Shown: positions 12,995 through 28,750 of the stretch, piece after piece
Layout of the letters: each line of letters opens with the position of its first letter
Numbering within the stretch: position 1 is the first letter of the stretch
Origin: Eledone cirrhosa
Lineage: Eukaryota
DNA: 64,000 nt
Direction of reading: 5' to 3'
NCBI GenBank assembly: GCA_964016885.1
Contig: OZ024744.1
Coordinates: 47,616,001 to 47,680,000, forward strand
Notes under the pieces: generated by a model
What the model was told of the DNA's origin: nothing
Database searches by the model: none
What the model saw: only the letters and a program-made list of their open reading frames with translations
Translations under genes and position numbers: made by a program

Positions 12995-13480
12995 TGGTAA
13001 AATGACAGAATTGGTAGAGTGTCAGATAACCTACCATTGCAGTATTTGTCCTGGTTCTTAACATTCTGAGTTTAAATCCTACTGAGGTAAATTTTATATT
13101 TTAATCTTCTAGGCTAGATAAAATATATTAATATGTACTACGGTTGATTTAATAAACTTTGCCCTTCCCTCAAAATTGGTGGTCTTGAGTCTAATTTACA
13201 AATCAATAGAGATTTAACAAGTTTGTTGCTTCAAATTTCTCAAAACACTTTTATTTAGTGTGACTAGTGCAGTAAATTGGCGTTAATCGGTAGAGTGTCA
13301 GACAATCTTTGCATCATATAGTTATGTCCTGTTACATTCTGTGTTTAAATCATGCTGAGGGTAGCCCTACTTTTCATCCATACGGGGTTGATAAAATAAA
13401 GTACCAGTAATGCACTGAGGTTGATTTAACTTTCCCTACCCCCAATATTATTGGGCCTGTGCCTACATCAAATACCATTA
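12995..13480 (+). mobile_element. Two diverged SINE family 1 copies
   Basis: ggtagagtgtcaga...ctgagtttaaatcc at ~13010-13200, and ggtagagtgtcagac...tttcatccatacggggttgataaaataaagtacc at ~13280-13480. Confidence 0.7.
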
Positions 13481-14311
13481 TTTACTGTGTCTAACAAAAA
13501 TTCAGTTACCTATACTATCACTACCCCAATGATTCCAGCCAAGACAGTGTCTCAAAATTCTCTCTGCAGAAACCCAGGTACCATTTGCCTCATGCTCCTG
13601 GCTAAGGACAGAATAGAGAAAGGGTTAACCTGGAAGATAGTGAGGGAGATGTGTTGAAGTAGCCATTAAAACCTCTGGGGCCTCACAAGTTTTAAAAACA
13701 ACAACGTCCAATAGAATTTTAAACATTTCAAATACCAATGAAGTGTTTGTGTTTGATTTATTCTAACTACTTTCAAGATATCATTACATATGGTATTCTT
13801 AACAGATATTTAGCTGGGAAAATAACAAAAAGATGAAATCACAGACTGGACAAGTTCCTCAAATGTAACTTCTTACTTAACAAAAATAGATTGAATTTCA
13901 GGAGATAAATATAATTTATTTAATATATTATGAAAATAATTTACTTAAAAAAGAAAGAATAAAACCATGAAAAGACACATACATTACATCAATTAAACAC
14001 CACAAGAGAGAATGTTGGTGTTGACCTCTAACATATCAGATACAAGACACAGCCTTACCTCAGATGATAGAAGGTCCCTCACTAATGCAATACAACAGGG
14101 AATTCTAGGTATTACCTAAAAAAAAGAAATTTTACATTTATATCATTAAAAATGAATTTAGGAAGACAAAAGTTAGACATGCAAAGAATTTTGATTCCAG
14201 ATAAAAATATATTTAAGAAATGGAGTCTGTAGAAGTGTTATGGTTACATTTTTGATGTTGGTGGACAATAAGTTTAGACTGGTAAAAGGAAGGGTATCTC
14301 AGGATTCACAG

Positions 14312-14548
14312 TTAAATAGTTTTATCCCCAGTGTGTGTGTTTCTGTCTAAGTTACTGTTAGTCACAAAATATTTCCCACATATTTCACTGCAGTCTGAAT
14401 ATGTGGCCAACATGAGTAGAATTCTGAATAAAAGATGTCCAACATGTTTATTAAGTACCAAACTATCTGTAAAGGATTTCTCACATTTCTCACATGAAAT
14501 GAAATATTTAATCATGTAGCAACACCTACCTTGAAACATGTAGCTCAC
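14312..14548 (-). pseudogene. Highly degenerate C2H2 zinc-finger remnant
   Basis: SCEKCEKSFTDSLVLNKH and EICGKYFVTNSNLDRNTHTGDK. Confidence 0.6.
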
Positions 14549-15169
14549 TCTATGTTATCTACAAAATTTTAACTTTCACTTTAACATGAGATAATTACTA
14601 CATAAAATATAATTAGATTAATTAAAGTTATAATTAAGATGGCAGGTACGTGGTGTCGTTGACTGTGTTTCCTTTTCCGGATGGTGACATGACTTAAAAG
14701 TCCCCTACATAATTTAATACATTCAGAAACAACTTCAGTTATATTAATTCACATGTTCAATCAATATGCTAGTTCTTTATTAAGATTTGTATAAATAACA
14801 TTCAGAATTTTATATAACTGTTTATATTAAACCAAAATACATTATTAAAGGTAATAAAATATTTAAGAAATGGAAATGTAAAGAAGGATACGAAAACGAA
14901 TCAAGCAACGAAAACAATGGGTGAAGGTGAGGGACAGACAGGTGAGCTGTGATTCAGCCCCACCCTACATACAAAATGGCAAAAGTGTTACCACAAAGAA
15001 TAGCCAGAGACACCCACTGCAACATCCACTCCACCTCATGGAACTCCTTTCTCAAGTGGGCTGTTGTCTATCTAAATTTGAGAAGGAAATCAGCAGTGTG
15101 GGGACAGAGAGGAAGTTAGGCAGCACAGCAGAAATTGAGAGGAAGAGTGCTACTGTTATAAACCGTTTC

Positions 15170-15675
15170 CAGTCACAGGAAGGATCTATAGATGTGGTTG
15201 ATAGCTTCTGCTATCTAGGTGACCTAATCAGCAGCAGAGGACAGTGCCAAGAGTATGATGGCTTGAATAAGGATAGGATGGAAGTTTAGTGAACTACTGC
15301 TGCTGATAACATAAGCTTTCTACCTACACACAAAAGGAAGGGTATATGAAGCCTGTGTGAAGTGCACAATACTGCATGGTAGAAAAACATGGGCTGTGAC
15401 TGCAGATGATACGATTAGACTGGAGAAAAATGAAGCAACCATGTTTTGTTGGATCTGCAACATATATGTTAGAGAAATACAGAGCTTGTACAAGCTGAGG
15501 AAATCCTAGTGGAAGGAAGCTGCAGTAGAGGATGACAAAGAAAGCAAGTGTTGTGAGAGCTTAATTCAAATCGTGAAGACTGGAAGAGATGACGAAGGAT
15601 GCATCTATTGGAGAGATGTCGTGCTAAGGACCCGTCCAACCCATGCAAGCACGGAAAAGTAGATGTAATGACGAT
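15170..15675 (+). mobile_element. Degraded RTE fragment with tail
   Basis: IDVVDSFCYLGDLISS; tail ccgtccaacccatgcaagcacggaaaagtagatgtaatgacgat. Confidence 0.8.
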
Positions 15676-17169
15676 ACACAAAATATACACTATATATATA
15701 TATATATATAAATACTATGTATATAGTGTACGTAACACATATACACAAAATATACACTATATATAAATACTGCATATATAGAGTATATGCTACATATACA
15801 CAATATATAAACTATATATATATACTACATACACATTATATATAATGTTGTCCAAGGGAATAGCTGAAACAGCTTGGCACCAATGACATCATAGATCATC
15901 ATTTAATGTCTACTTTTCCTGCTCGCATGGGTGGGACAGGTTTTTACAAACCAGGGTGCAATAGGAGACCACATCTCTTACACATGGTCCCACATTCTAC
16001 TGAGTGTATTTTATTGTGGCACCAGTACTAAAGATGTTGTCATGTCTTTGACAGAAATGAAGGGTCCTACCAAACATTTGTTTGACAAGAGAAGAAAATT
16101 GTAAAGTATTTTCAAATGTGAATTATTTCTAAAAAAAAGTCATAATTTCAACTGTCATGAAAGTACCATCAACAAATATTAAAGTTATAAAATTGTTTTT
16201 ATTTACATATAAATGTGGATATTTTGTCATAAATATAAACATAAACCAGATAGTGTTTGTAAAATAACACATATAAACACATTAATCTTGTTTTGTTTTT
16301 CTTGCACTGATGGAGACATAGGGTGTCACTGTGGACATTTGAAGCTTGGTGGAGCCCTTCACTCACCAGGTTGGAACAGATGATTTCTTCCAGAGAAGGA
16401 GAGAGAATGAGAGAGAGGAAGTGAGAAAGAAATATAGAGAGGTAGTCAGGTACTTTTTTGTTATCAATCTTGAATGGTTAAAAGACAAAGTTGACCTCAG
16501 CAGGATTTAAACTCAGAGAGCAGAGAACCAGAACAAATATGGCAGAAAGCATTCTATCCATTGTTTTATAGACTTTAAATAAATGTTTCCACTTTGAAAT
16601 CAACCCCAGAAATAGGAAGGGAAAGAGGATTGCCAATTAAATCAATTTCAGTGCATTACTGGTACATTTTTAAACCCAGAACATAAAGGGCTGTAACTAT
16701 ATGACACAAAGAATGTTGTCTGACGCTCTACAGATTCTGCCAATCCACCACCCTCACCAATAAAATAAGATTGTGTCTCTATAAGAAACCTTAATGACAA
16801 ATATGAAGTAGAACTTTCTACAGGGTGTATTTGTGGATTACAATACAAAACCTGAGAATAATTTCCAACATATTTCACCATAATAGATGTTCATTAATAT
16901 ATATTATTATTTTGTGGCATTATTGAGATCATTAATCCCCAGCTGAACATCCATAGACATCTGATCTATGTAGGTCATTATCAGTCATCCCACTAGGGTC
17001 TTACTATATTTAGGTATCCACCACAGGAGCCAGCTCATCAGGTCATCCATTGTTCGGTAGGAATGTCTGGTATGTCTTGTCATCCGCTCCCTAGTTATTT
17101 TAGTAATCTTCAATATATGGCAGTATATTTCTTGTTTGATTGAGGAATATATATATATAGATAGATGCG

Positions 17170-17665
17170 TATGAAGGATGACAGCTGCATTAACAGGTGC
17201 AGAATACTAAAAGTCGATGTAAACCATGGAGTGGGAAGAACCAAGAAGAACTGGGATGAGGTGATAAACGCTGACCTTGCCGAATTGCGCCTCTCAAATA
17301 CAATGACACAGGACCGTGACCTCTGACGTCACGCAGTAATTCAGAAGACCCGACTTCACACGGGTACAAGCCGAAGCTGAAGCATATAGACAATATCTCC
17401 CCATCCCTACCCACTGCAAAAATGGTCATGGAGATATCACGACAAAAAAGCACCCAGCCCACACTGTAAAGTAGTCGTGTAGGTACCATGGTAAAGAAAG
17501 CACCCAGCACTCACTGTAAATGAGGTTTTGTGTTAGGAAGGGCATCCAGCTGTAGAAATCAAGCCAAAATCAGTTCCCTGACCTGGCATTGCCCACAACA
17601 GGACAACCCGTCTAACTTATGCTAGCGTGGAAGAATGGATGTAAAACAATGATGATGATGATGAT
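17170..17665 (+). mobile_element. RTE 3' end fragment
   Basis: atgaaggatgacagctgc...gaagaactgggatgaggtgata followed by the 3' UTR module and (gat)n. Confidence 0.8.
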
Positions 17666-17766
17666 AAGCATAAAATAAGGATTTTTCAAGCATCACATTT
17701 TATATACTTCCGTACAGAGTGTGTCTGTATATTTGTGTGTTTCACATCTCACAGTGATGGAGTTTA

Positions 17767-19668
<1,902 letters not shown>

Positions 19669-20479
19669 ATTTCTAGATACAGATCTTTACATAAAGGATT
19701 CTCACCACTGCTACTGATACATTAGGAAATGAAGATATCGTTATGATGCTATGTAGTCTAATATACAAAGGATCCATAAAATACTGCAGAACTCCGCTTT
19801 CTTCTTCTACAAAGTTGTAATGTAGCATTACAACTTTGTAGAAGTAGAAAGAGACATATGACAGCGTAAGACTGATCTTGGAGGAAGAAAAAGCAAGTGC
19901 TTATATATATATAGGTGATTATTGTGTAGTATTCAACTATTATTTTTGCTAAGGTGAGAGAAGCTCTATTCACAATAAAATCCTCAGCTCATAAAACAGA
20001 CGAATAAGACTTCTATAGTTAAGGTTCTTGTTATTGAGGACAGTTCAGGTGACAAGAGAATTAATATCCATAATTTCGAAAGACGAAGATTAATTTATAT
20101 ACATATAAATATACACAGACATAGTGTGAAGGTATGAGAGAGAGAAATAAATAGCCATGTGTGTGTGTGTAGAAAATAGTGTGTAGGTGTTGTAATAAAT
20201 CAAGATATTTCACTTCAGATAGAAAAGTTCACAATGTTTGTGTTGTGATGGAAAACGAAATAATACGTACTTTAGTTTTCAAGACCAAATATAAAGTCAA
20301 GAAAAGTTAGTAAAAACTAAATGTTCACTGATTTCTGATTAAAATAATATTTTCCTGTCCTGTAAAATGTTGAACAACCACTTCAATATTTAATAATACA
20401 GGTGATAAAACAACAACTATAAGATAAATAAGTCACCTTATGCTATTTACAAACATTAACGTTCACTTTGTTTTTTTTT

Positions 20480-21214
20480 CTCGTGCAATGGCCATACTTG
20501 ATAATGAGGGGGGCAGCCATCATGTGTGTTTACACGTATGTATGGTGTGTATATGTGCACATAGGGTTTTGGTATATGTACGTTTGGTGAACATATGTGT
20601 ATTTACCTGTAGGTATGTGTGAGTGTGCGTTCTATACGCATTTATGCGTGTATATTTATATATGTATATATAATTATATGTATACACACAAACATATATG
20701 TATATGTGTATATGTCCGTATGAGTGCGGGTATATGTGTCGCACCGGTTTATGTCCGTGTGCGCGTGTTTATGTGTACGTGCTTGTACATGCATGCATGC
20801 CGCATGTTTTCGCATATGCACGTGTATAATTGTGTGTATGCATATATTTAATTATTATTACTTTTATGATTGTAATACCCTCTGTCATTTTCGTTCAACT
20901 AATTTATTTACATTATTCTGAACTCCGAAGCCGAGAATCATTCAGTTTCCTAAATAGTATATTAGTCTACGACTCCATTTATAGCATAAACGTGGTTTTG
21001 TCTTTATGTGTAATTGTTGTCACCGCTACACATAACAACGTATTATCTTCGCTTTTTTCCGTTCATTGCCAGGGAACGTCTTCACGAACCAAAGTATCAT
21101 TTTCCTGTTTTCCTTCGGTTGCAACTTTTTTTTAAATATTTACATCTGCGTTCACAGATTGATTTTTTTTTAGTTTCAGAAGATCCCTTTAAGGGTGAAA
21201 GCAGCGATTCTTTG
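20480..21214 (+). mobile_element. Penelope-like repeat, second copy
   Basis: 20905-21214 is homologous to 11990-12420, including tagtttcagaagatccctttaagggtgaaagcagcgattctttg. Confidence 0.55.
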
Positions 21215-21439
21215 TGTATGTGGGGTGAGGTTTGGAGAGATAGGTCAGAGGGGTTACTTTGCTGGTAAGGGGGTGGAGTGTTAAGTTGTGGGGAGGAGGA
21301 AAATTGGAGCATACTTCAAACCACTAAATGTTGCTTCATCCCGTGCACATGGTCTCCTGCAGTACTGTATAACGCCAGAGATTTCAATCCTGTGTCATCA
21401 TCTTTGAGAGGTACAATGGTGTCAGGTCAGTTTTTACCT

Positions 21440-21795
21440 CCTCATCCCAAGCATTCATAGGTCTTCCTCTTCCATCAATTTCAAGCGGTCAACCTTTTAT
21501 ACAACATCTCTACCTTCATACACATCACATGTCCATAACACAGCATCTACACTCCTGCATACTGTATCTTATCCCTCTCATGCCCAGATTCCCTATCAGT
21601 TTATTTACATTTTGCTCTTCATGTATATTAATATTACACATCCATCGGAGAATTCAAGCTTCATTTCTATCCAATCTTCGGAGGTCCTCTGCACACACGG
21701 CCCAGATCTCACTGCAATGCAGCATTGCTGTTCATATGCAGACATCAATTTAATGAAACAACCTTTTGTAGCTAGCAGTAGTAGAAGCACCCTAA
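21440..21795 (-). mobile_element. Degraded RTE fragment
   Basis: LLLLATKG... and homology to 45900-46170. Confidence 0.75.
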
Positions 21796-21964
21796 ACCTT
21801 TGCCATATAGTCTATTTAGTGTAAATAATGTTTCATACACATAACATGTTCTTTCCTCCAACAATTTTCACCCTAAACAGAGGAGAGTTTCATAGTGTCA
21901 AAAAGGGAGGTAAATCTTTAGTGGAGAAATTGTCAGGCTTAATTATATATGTAATTAGACACAC

Positions 21965-22240
21965 ATAGAAGTGGTTGATAGCTTTTGCAATCCAGGTGAC
22001 TTAATTAGCAGTGGAGGAGGCTGCTCAGAAAGATGAATAGCTAGAATAAGGATAGGATTGAAAAAGTTTAGAGAGCTACTGCAACAGTTGACCACAAAAG
22101 GTTTCTCTCTCTGTACAAAAGGACAACTGTATGAGACATGTGGGTGATGTGCAATGATGCATGGTAACAAAACAAGGGCTGTGACTGCAGAGGATATGTA
22201 GACTGGAGAGAAATGCAACAACCATGTTTTGTAGGATATG
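21965..22240 (+). mobile_element. Degraded RTE fragment abutting ZF-D
   Basis: atagaagtggttgatagcttttgc...agcagtggaggaggctgctcagaaag...aaaaagtttagagagcta. Confidence 0.8.
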
Positions 22241-22480
<240 letters not shown>

Positions 22481-22763
22481 CTAAATAATATATCTTCTAT
22501 ATTTCCCTCAACTGTAATTTCAGTTAATATCTGAAGATAATGCAAACTTATGTTTCATCCAAGTTTAGTTAAAATACAAAACCATCTTATAGTGAAAAAA
22601 ATAAACTCAGTTTTGAGGAAATATTTCAGTTATTCGACGAGAGATTTATATAAACAGTGTTATATAAGTTCTGTTTAAAAAGTTTTAGTCTTAAAATGAT
22701 GATAAATAGAGGTGAGGTATCCAAGATTGAAAATTATAATTTATCCCAATGTCATCTGATATT

Positions 22764-22785
22764 CTGAAATAAGAAAGAAACAGTA
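22764..22785 (-). other. Predicted 3' splice acceptor for the ZF-D coding exon
   Basis: Minus strand reads ctgtttctttcttatttcag|aatatc; conserved at 42742-42762. Confidence 0.65.
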
Positions 22786-23579
22786 TGAGATAATAGAGAA
22801 TACTTAAGAAGCAGAGATAGATTTAACAGTGGAAATTTTATATTTCTATATTGGTAAACTGTAGATATCAACTTTCCTGTCCAGAGCAATTCTCTCCAAT
22901 GTAAGCAGTGGTATTCCAGCATGCTCTATGAATTATATCCTATTTCTTCGGAGGTCTGCTCTATGGCAGTTTAGCAAAAAATTCATTCTTATAGGACTTA
23001 TAAGAAAGAAACAGTATGAGATAATAGAAAATACTTAAAATACAGGGATAGATTTAACAGTGGAAATTTTACACTTTTACCAGTGTCAAAGACGTTACTT
23101 TTTCCCTAATGTAAGTCTCAAAAATCTACCATACGTCCTGGAGGCCGAAGGTTGGTTATTTTTTTTTTTTTAAATTTGGTTGTCTTCGGCACCGGTAAAT
23201 ATGGTACATTGGTAAACTGTAGAAATATACCTGTGTGATGTTTATTTATATAAACCAAGGCTATATATATGTCAAACTACAGCTGCACCATCACGATAGC
23301 GGTGTCATCTAGTACAGGGCCCCAAAACTGTGGTAACCTTGTGAGATGGGTTTGGCACGGCCAACTGGCTACCCTCCCCATAGTGACACAGCCAACTGGT
23401 CAGCCCCTCTTGTAACTGTACCACCCAGTACCAGTCCCCATAACTATGGTAACCTTATGAAAAGGCTATGGCCCACCTGGCTGCCTACTCCTCCTCATAA
23501 TTGTGCCACCCAGTACCAGGCCCCAAAATTGTAGTTGCACTGTGAGATGGGTTCAGTGCAGTCAACTGGCCTGTCCCTC

Positions 23580-24000
23580 CTCATAACAGAGCCATCCAGT
23601 CCCACACTGTAAACATGGTTGGTGTTAGGAAGGGAATCAAGCTGTAAAATACCCAACTCCTGGCGTGGATGACCCATCTAACCCATGCCAGAATGGAAAA
23701 ATGGACGTTAAATGGTGATGACACAGACATATATATATATCCCACCCACACTGGACATGTAAAAGACACCACAAAAAGCACCCAGCCCACACTGTAAAGT
23801 GGGCATCTAGGTGTCTTGGGAAATGCACCCAGTCCACACTGTCAATGTGGTTGGCGTTAGGAAGGGCATCCAGCCATAGAGAGCTAGCCAGAAACACCCC
23901 TATATGAGTGAGACATGGTCACCTGACCCAACTTGCTTCTAAATGGGACCCGTCTAACCCATGCTAGCGTGGAAGATGGACGTTAATTGATGATGATGAT
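23580..24000 (+). mobile_element. Two tandem RTE/SINE tail modules
   Basis: cccacactgtaaa...ttaggaaggg...ctaacccatgc...ggacgttaa..gatga occurs twice. Confidence 0.75.
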
Positions 24001-24204
24001 ATATAATAAAATGTAGTTTCCTTGAAGCATTCTATATAATATATAATGTTGAAAGAGATAGAAGGCTAAACAATGCAAAATAGACTGTAAGATGAGGTAA
24101 GGAAAAGTAAAAGTTACCTGGTAATCTTTGTTTTGTTTTTTTTGTTGTTGTTCTTTCAGGTGTCCAATATTTTGGGACCTAAAAGTCCTTTCTTCAGGGT
24201 TTAA

Positions 24205-24610
24205 CCCTTTAGCATTTATATTACTCTATATATACTATTATATTTCCATGGTAAAGTCTTTACCTCACATAACATTTACATTACTCTATATATACTATTA
24301 TATTTTCACAGTAAAGTCTTTACCTCACCTAATATCTCACATACCATTCACATTACTATATATATATACTATTATATTTTCACAGTAAAGTCTTTACCTC
24401 ACCTAATATCTCACATACCATTCACATTACTATATATATATACTATTATATTTTCACAGTAAAGTCTTTACCTCACATAATATCGAATCTATGAGATTTT
24501 GCTATTATTTATATTGAGAATAATACCTTAATATCAGTAAGAGTGTCCAGTTACGGCTGGTTTGAAGAGAAAAAGGGGACAAAATTCTGACCGGTTTAAA
24601 TGTTAAAGAG
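24205..24610. mobile_element. piggyBac-like MITE with internal tandem repeats
   Basis: TTAA|CCCTTTAGCATTTA ... TAAATGTTAAAGAG|TTAA. Internal repeats of atatactattatattttcacagtaaagtctttacctcac. Related interior at ~12680-12865. Confidence 0.8.
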
Positions 24611-24711
24611 TTAAGCAACTTTCAGTGGATTACGTTCCAATTTCCTCTCTTCAGGATTAAATTCTGATTTTGATGAAAATCTTTTCTAAGTCGTTTTCAA
24701 GCATTTTATAA

Positions 24712-25142
24712 AATTGATGGAAGCTGTGAAGTAGGGAGACCTGGGATGGTGATAAAAGCTGACCTCACACAATTGATGGGAGCTGTGAAGTAGGAAGACC
24801 TGGGATGAGGTGATAAAATCTGACCTCACACAATTGATGGAAGCTATGGAGTAGGAAGACCTAGGGTGAGGTGATAAAAGCTGACCTCACACAATTGATG
24901 GAAGCTGTGAAGTAGGAAGACCTGGGATGAGGTGATAAAAGCTGACCTCACACAATTGATGGAAGCTATGGGGTAGGAAGACCTGGGATGAGGTGATAAA
25001 AGCTGACCTCACACAATTGATGGAAGCTATGGGGTAGGAAGACCTGGGATGAGGTGATAAAAGCTGACCTCACACAATTGATGGAAGCTATGGGGTAGGA
25101 ATACCTGGGATGAGGTGATAAAAGCTGACCTCACACAATTGA
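24712..25142 (+). repeat. ~60-bp minisatellite (7 units) derived from RTE ORF C-terminus
   Basis: Unit aattgatggaagctgtgaagtaggaagacctgggatgaggtgataaaagctgacctcacac corresponds to IDGS.G.GRP/WDEVIKADLT; continues into normal RTE sequence at 25143-25210. Confidence 0.9.
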
Positions 25143-25282
25143 ACTTCTCAAAGACAATGACACAGGATCGAGATATTTGGTATTATGCAGTAATATAGAA
25201 GACCAGCCTTCCCTAGCATTGATATCAATGACTCCCACATGGACATCAATACACATCTATATATACACACCTAACATATCAA

Positions 25283-25770
25283 AGACTCCCGTCGGTCACG
25301 AATGATTTGCAACTAGAAAGTACCCCTCCGGGGCACAAGTCTGGTTGTTTGAGGAAGACCAGCAGTCACCCATGTATACCAGTCTATCCTCTCCATGCCA
25401 CCAAAGTTATCCAAGGAAAAGGTAATGGCTGATACAGCTTGGTACCAATGACAGCACAACATATATATACACTATATATATATATATTACATATATTCTA
25501 TGTAGAGTATATATATACTATATATATATATTATATATACTCTATGTACAGTATATATACACTATATATATATTATATATACACTGTGTACAGTATATAT
25601 TATACACTATATATGTTGTCCAAGGGAAAGGTAATGGCTGACACAGCTTGGCACCAGTGACATCACATCATATATATACACTATATATATATATATATAC
25701 ACCATATATGTTGTCCAAGGGAAAGGCAATGACTGACACAGCTTGACACCAGTGACATCACAACATATAT
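25283..25770 (-). mobile_element. SINE family 2 body/3' part with internally amplified module
   Basis: tccaagggaaagg.aatggctgatacagcttggcaccagtgacatcac repeated 3 times with TA-rich spacers. Confidence 0.65.
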
Positions 25771-26189
25771 ATAACTTATATCCCAGACATCCATAGATTA
25801 TTTCTATTCTACAGCTATCTCTCTTCCCCAATTTCAAAATCTTCTGTTTACATTATTATTATTATCATTCACTTGTTTCCACAACGTATATACTTCGACC
25901 TTGTTTTTGATATAAACCATGTTGGACATTGTCTCTTTCTCTACAAACTCATCCCTAACCCCCGCCATTACCTCCCCTTTCTCTCACTCATTCATTTCGG
26001 TGTTTACAAATCTAGGTGATCATCTTCGAAATTCTTGCATATTTGCCTTGTCTAATATGCCTACTTATATCTGCTTATTTCCCCCGAATCTCCTGTGATG
26101 ATATATGTCATGATGGCTACCTATCTCACAATTTCCCACCCCTCACCATAGTCTATTTGACCAATCAAACCTCAGCAACATGTCCTTAC

Positions 26190-26535
26190 CATTACCAGCC
26201 CCAACAAAATCTGCCAATTCTACTACTGTCCTTCTAGCCCTTACCAGCCCCAACAACCTCTGTCATTACTACTACTGTCCTTCTGGACCTTACCAGCTCC
26301 AACAAACTCTGCCATTATTACTACTGTCCTTCTAGCCCTTACCAGCCCCAACAAACTCTGCCATTACTACTACTGTCCTTCTAACTCTTACCAGCCCCAA
26401 CAAACTCTGCCATTACTACTACTGTCCTTCTCGCCCTTACTAGCCCCAACAAACTCTGCCATTACTATTACTGTCCTTCTAGACCTTGCTAGCCCCAACA
26501 AACTCTGCCATTATTACTACTGTCCTTCTAGCCCT
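26190..26535. repeat. 49-bp minisatellite (~7 units)
   Basis: taccagccccaacaaactctgccattactactactgtccttctagccct at 26242, 26291, 26340 and onward. Confidence 0.95.
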
Positions 26536-26559
26536 GCACCAAAGAATTCTTGTTTACTG

Positions 26560-28275
26560 TTATGTATGGAGGAGCGAAAGATAAATGGAACAAACCCGAA
26601 TAAATAAATGAATATAAATCCGCGAGTCACCAAGCACTCATGCAAAGCTTTAATTCAGAGACAGGAAGCATACACACTGCCCCGCAAAAATTCACCCTCT
26701 CCCACAAATGATGGCAAATGTCCAAAACTCTGAGTTGGCAGCATCAACATAAGCACAATGAAAGGAAGGGAAGGAGAAATTATAGACATGCTGAGTGAAA
26801 GGATATTGACGTATGCTGTGTGCAAGAGACTAGATGGAGAGAAGAGTCCACTAGAGTCCTTGTAGGCAAAAGTCAGTGCTATAAATTTTTCTGGGTGGGA
26901 AATGACATCGGGATGGGTGGTGTAGGTATACTATTAACTGACAAATGGGTAGATAAGGTAATAACCACACATATTGTTAACCAGGTAATACTATAGGGTG
27001 TCATACCAAAGGATTGGTGCAGCAGCATCATCGTCAATTGCTACAAGGGTAAAGGAGATGCACTAGATAGAAGAAACTATAGAGGTATGAAGCTGATGGA
27101 CCAGGTCATGAAAGTAATGGAAAGAGTCATAGCACATTTGATCAGGGACTGGGTAAAACTAGATGAGATGCAGTTTCGGTTTTGTGCCAGGAAAAAACAC
27201 CACTGATGCTCTCTTCCTTGTGAGGCAGTTACAGGAAAAGTACCTAGCTAAAAGTAAGCCGCTCTACCTGGCTTTTATCGATCTGGAAAAAGTCTTCAAC
27301 AGAGTGCCCCGTGCTATAATCTGGTGGGCTCTTAACAAACTAGGAGTAGATTAGTGGCTTGTGAAAGCTGTACAAGCCATGTATAGGGGACATGTCAGTA
27401 AAGTTAGGCTTTACTATAGCGAGGAATTTAGCATACACGTCGGTGTCTACCAGGGCTCTGTTCTTAGCCTTCTCCTGTTTATAATAGTATTGCAGGCTAT
27501 AACAGAAGAGTTTAAGACCAGATGCCCATAGGAACTCCTATATGTGGATGATCTTACACTTATAGCTGAATCTATGGCAGAACTAAAGAAACAAGCACCA
27601 CCAAACTCTGGGAGAGCGCTGTAGAAACAATAGACAGCTTTTGCTACCTAGGTGACCGAATAAGCAGCGGAGATGGGTGTTCTGAAAGTACAGTAACCAG
27701 AGTAACAATGGGATTGAAGAAGTTTAGGGAGCTACTGCCACTGCTAGCTGCAAAAGGCTTTTCCCTCAAAATGAAAGGCAGAGAGTATAATGTGTGCATA
27801 CGAACAGCAATGTTACATGGTAGTGAGACCTGGGCACTGTCTGTAGAAGACTTGCGTAGATTAGAAAGAAACAAAGCTTGCATGCTCCAATGGATGTGTA
27901 ACAGTAATATACGCGAACGGCAAAGCATTAACAAATTGAAATAGAGACTGAGCATAAGAGGAATCAAATGCTGTGTGCAGCAGACGAGGTTGTGTTGTAG
28001 CCCCCGGGTACAAGCCGAAGCTGAAGCACATAGACAATATGCCCCCACTCCCTCCCACTGTAAAGTGGCTATGGAGGTGTCACAACAAAAAAGCACCCAT
28101 CACTCACTGTGAGGTTGGTGTTAGGAAGGGCATTCAGCTGTAGAAATGAAGCCAAAATCAGTTCCCATCTGAGCAACACAAGGTCACCCTATCTGGCACT
28201 GCCCAAAACAGGACAACCTGTCTAACCCATACTACCGTGGAAGAATGGACATAAAACAGTGATGATGATGATGAT
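26560..28275 (+). mobile_element. Internally deleted RTE LINE retaining the 5' APE start and 3' tail
   Basis: LRVGSINISTMKGRE...CCVQETRW (APE N-terminus) jumps to RT ([21 protein letters not shown]), then to DSFCYLGD...MLHGSETW, then to the tail ending (gat)n. Many stops. Confidence 0.88.
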
Positions 28276-28339
28276 ATACATATATATATACACTGTGTAC
28301 AGTATATATACACTATATACAGTATATATTATACACTAT

Positions 28340-28662
28340 ATATGATGTCCAAGAGAAAGGCAATGGTCGATACAGCTTGGCACCAGTTACGTCACAACGT
28401 ATATGTATACTATATATATATACACTATGTATATATTATATATACACTGTGTACAGTATATATACACTATATATATGTCCAAGGGAAAGGTTATGGCCGA
28501 TACAGCTTGGCACCAGTGACATCACAGCTCATTTCTACAGCTGAGTAAACTGGAGCAACGTGAAATAAAGTGTCTTGCTCAAGGACAACACAACACCCTG
28601 TCCGAGAATCGAACTCACCACCTTTTTATTGCAAGCCTAATGCTCTAACCACTAAGCGATGA
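28340..28662 (-). mobile_element. SINE family 2 head plus amplified module
   Basis: cttagtggttagagc...gagttcgattctcggac...ccttgagcaagacactttatttcacgttgctcc on the minus strand. Confidence 0.85.
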
Positions 28663-28750
28663 TACGTTCCAGAACCAACCGTGATACAGAGAGACCATAA
28701 AGTTTAAGCCTTAAAATACCTCTCATACATGCTTTAAGTATATATAAACT

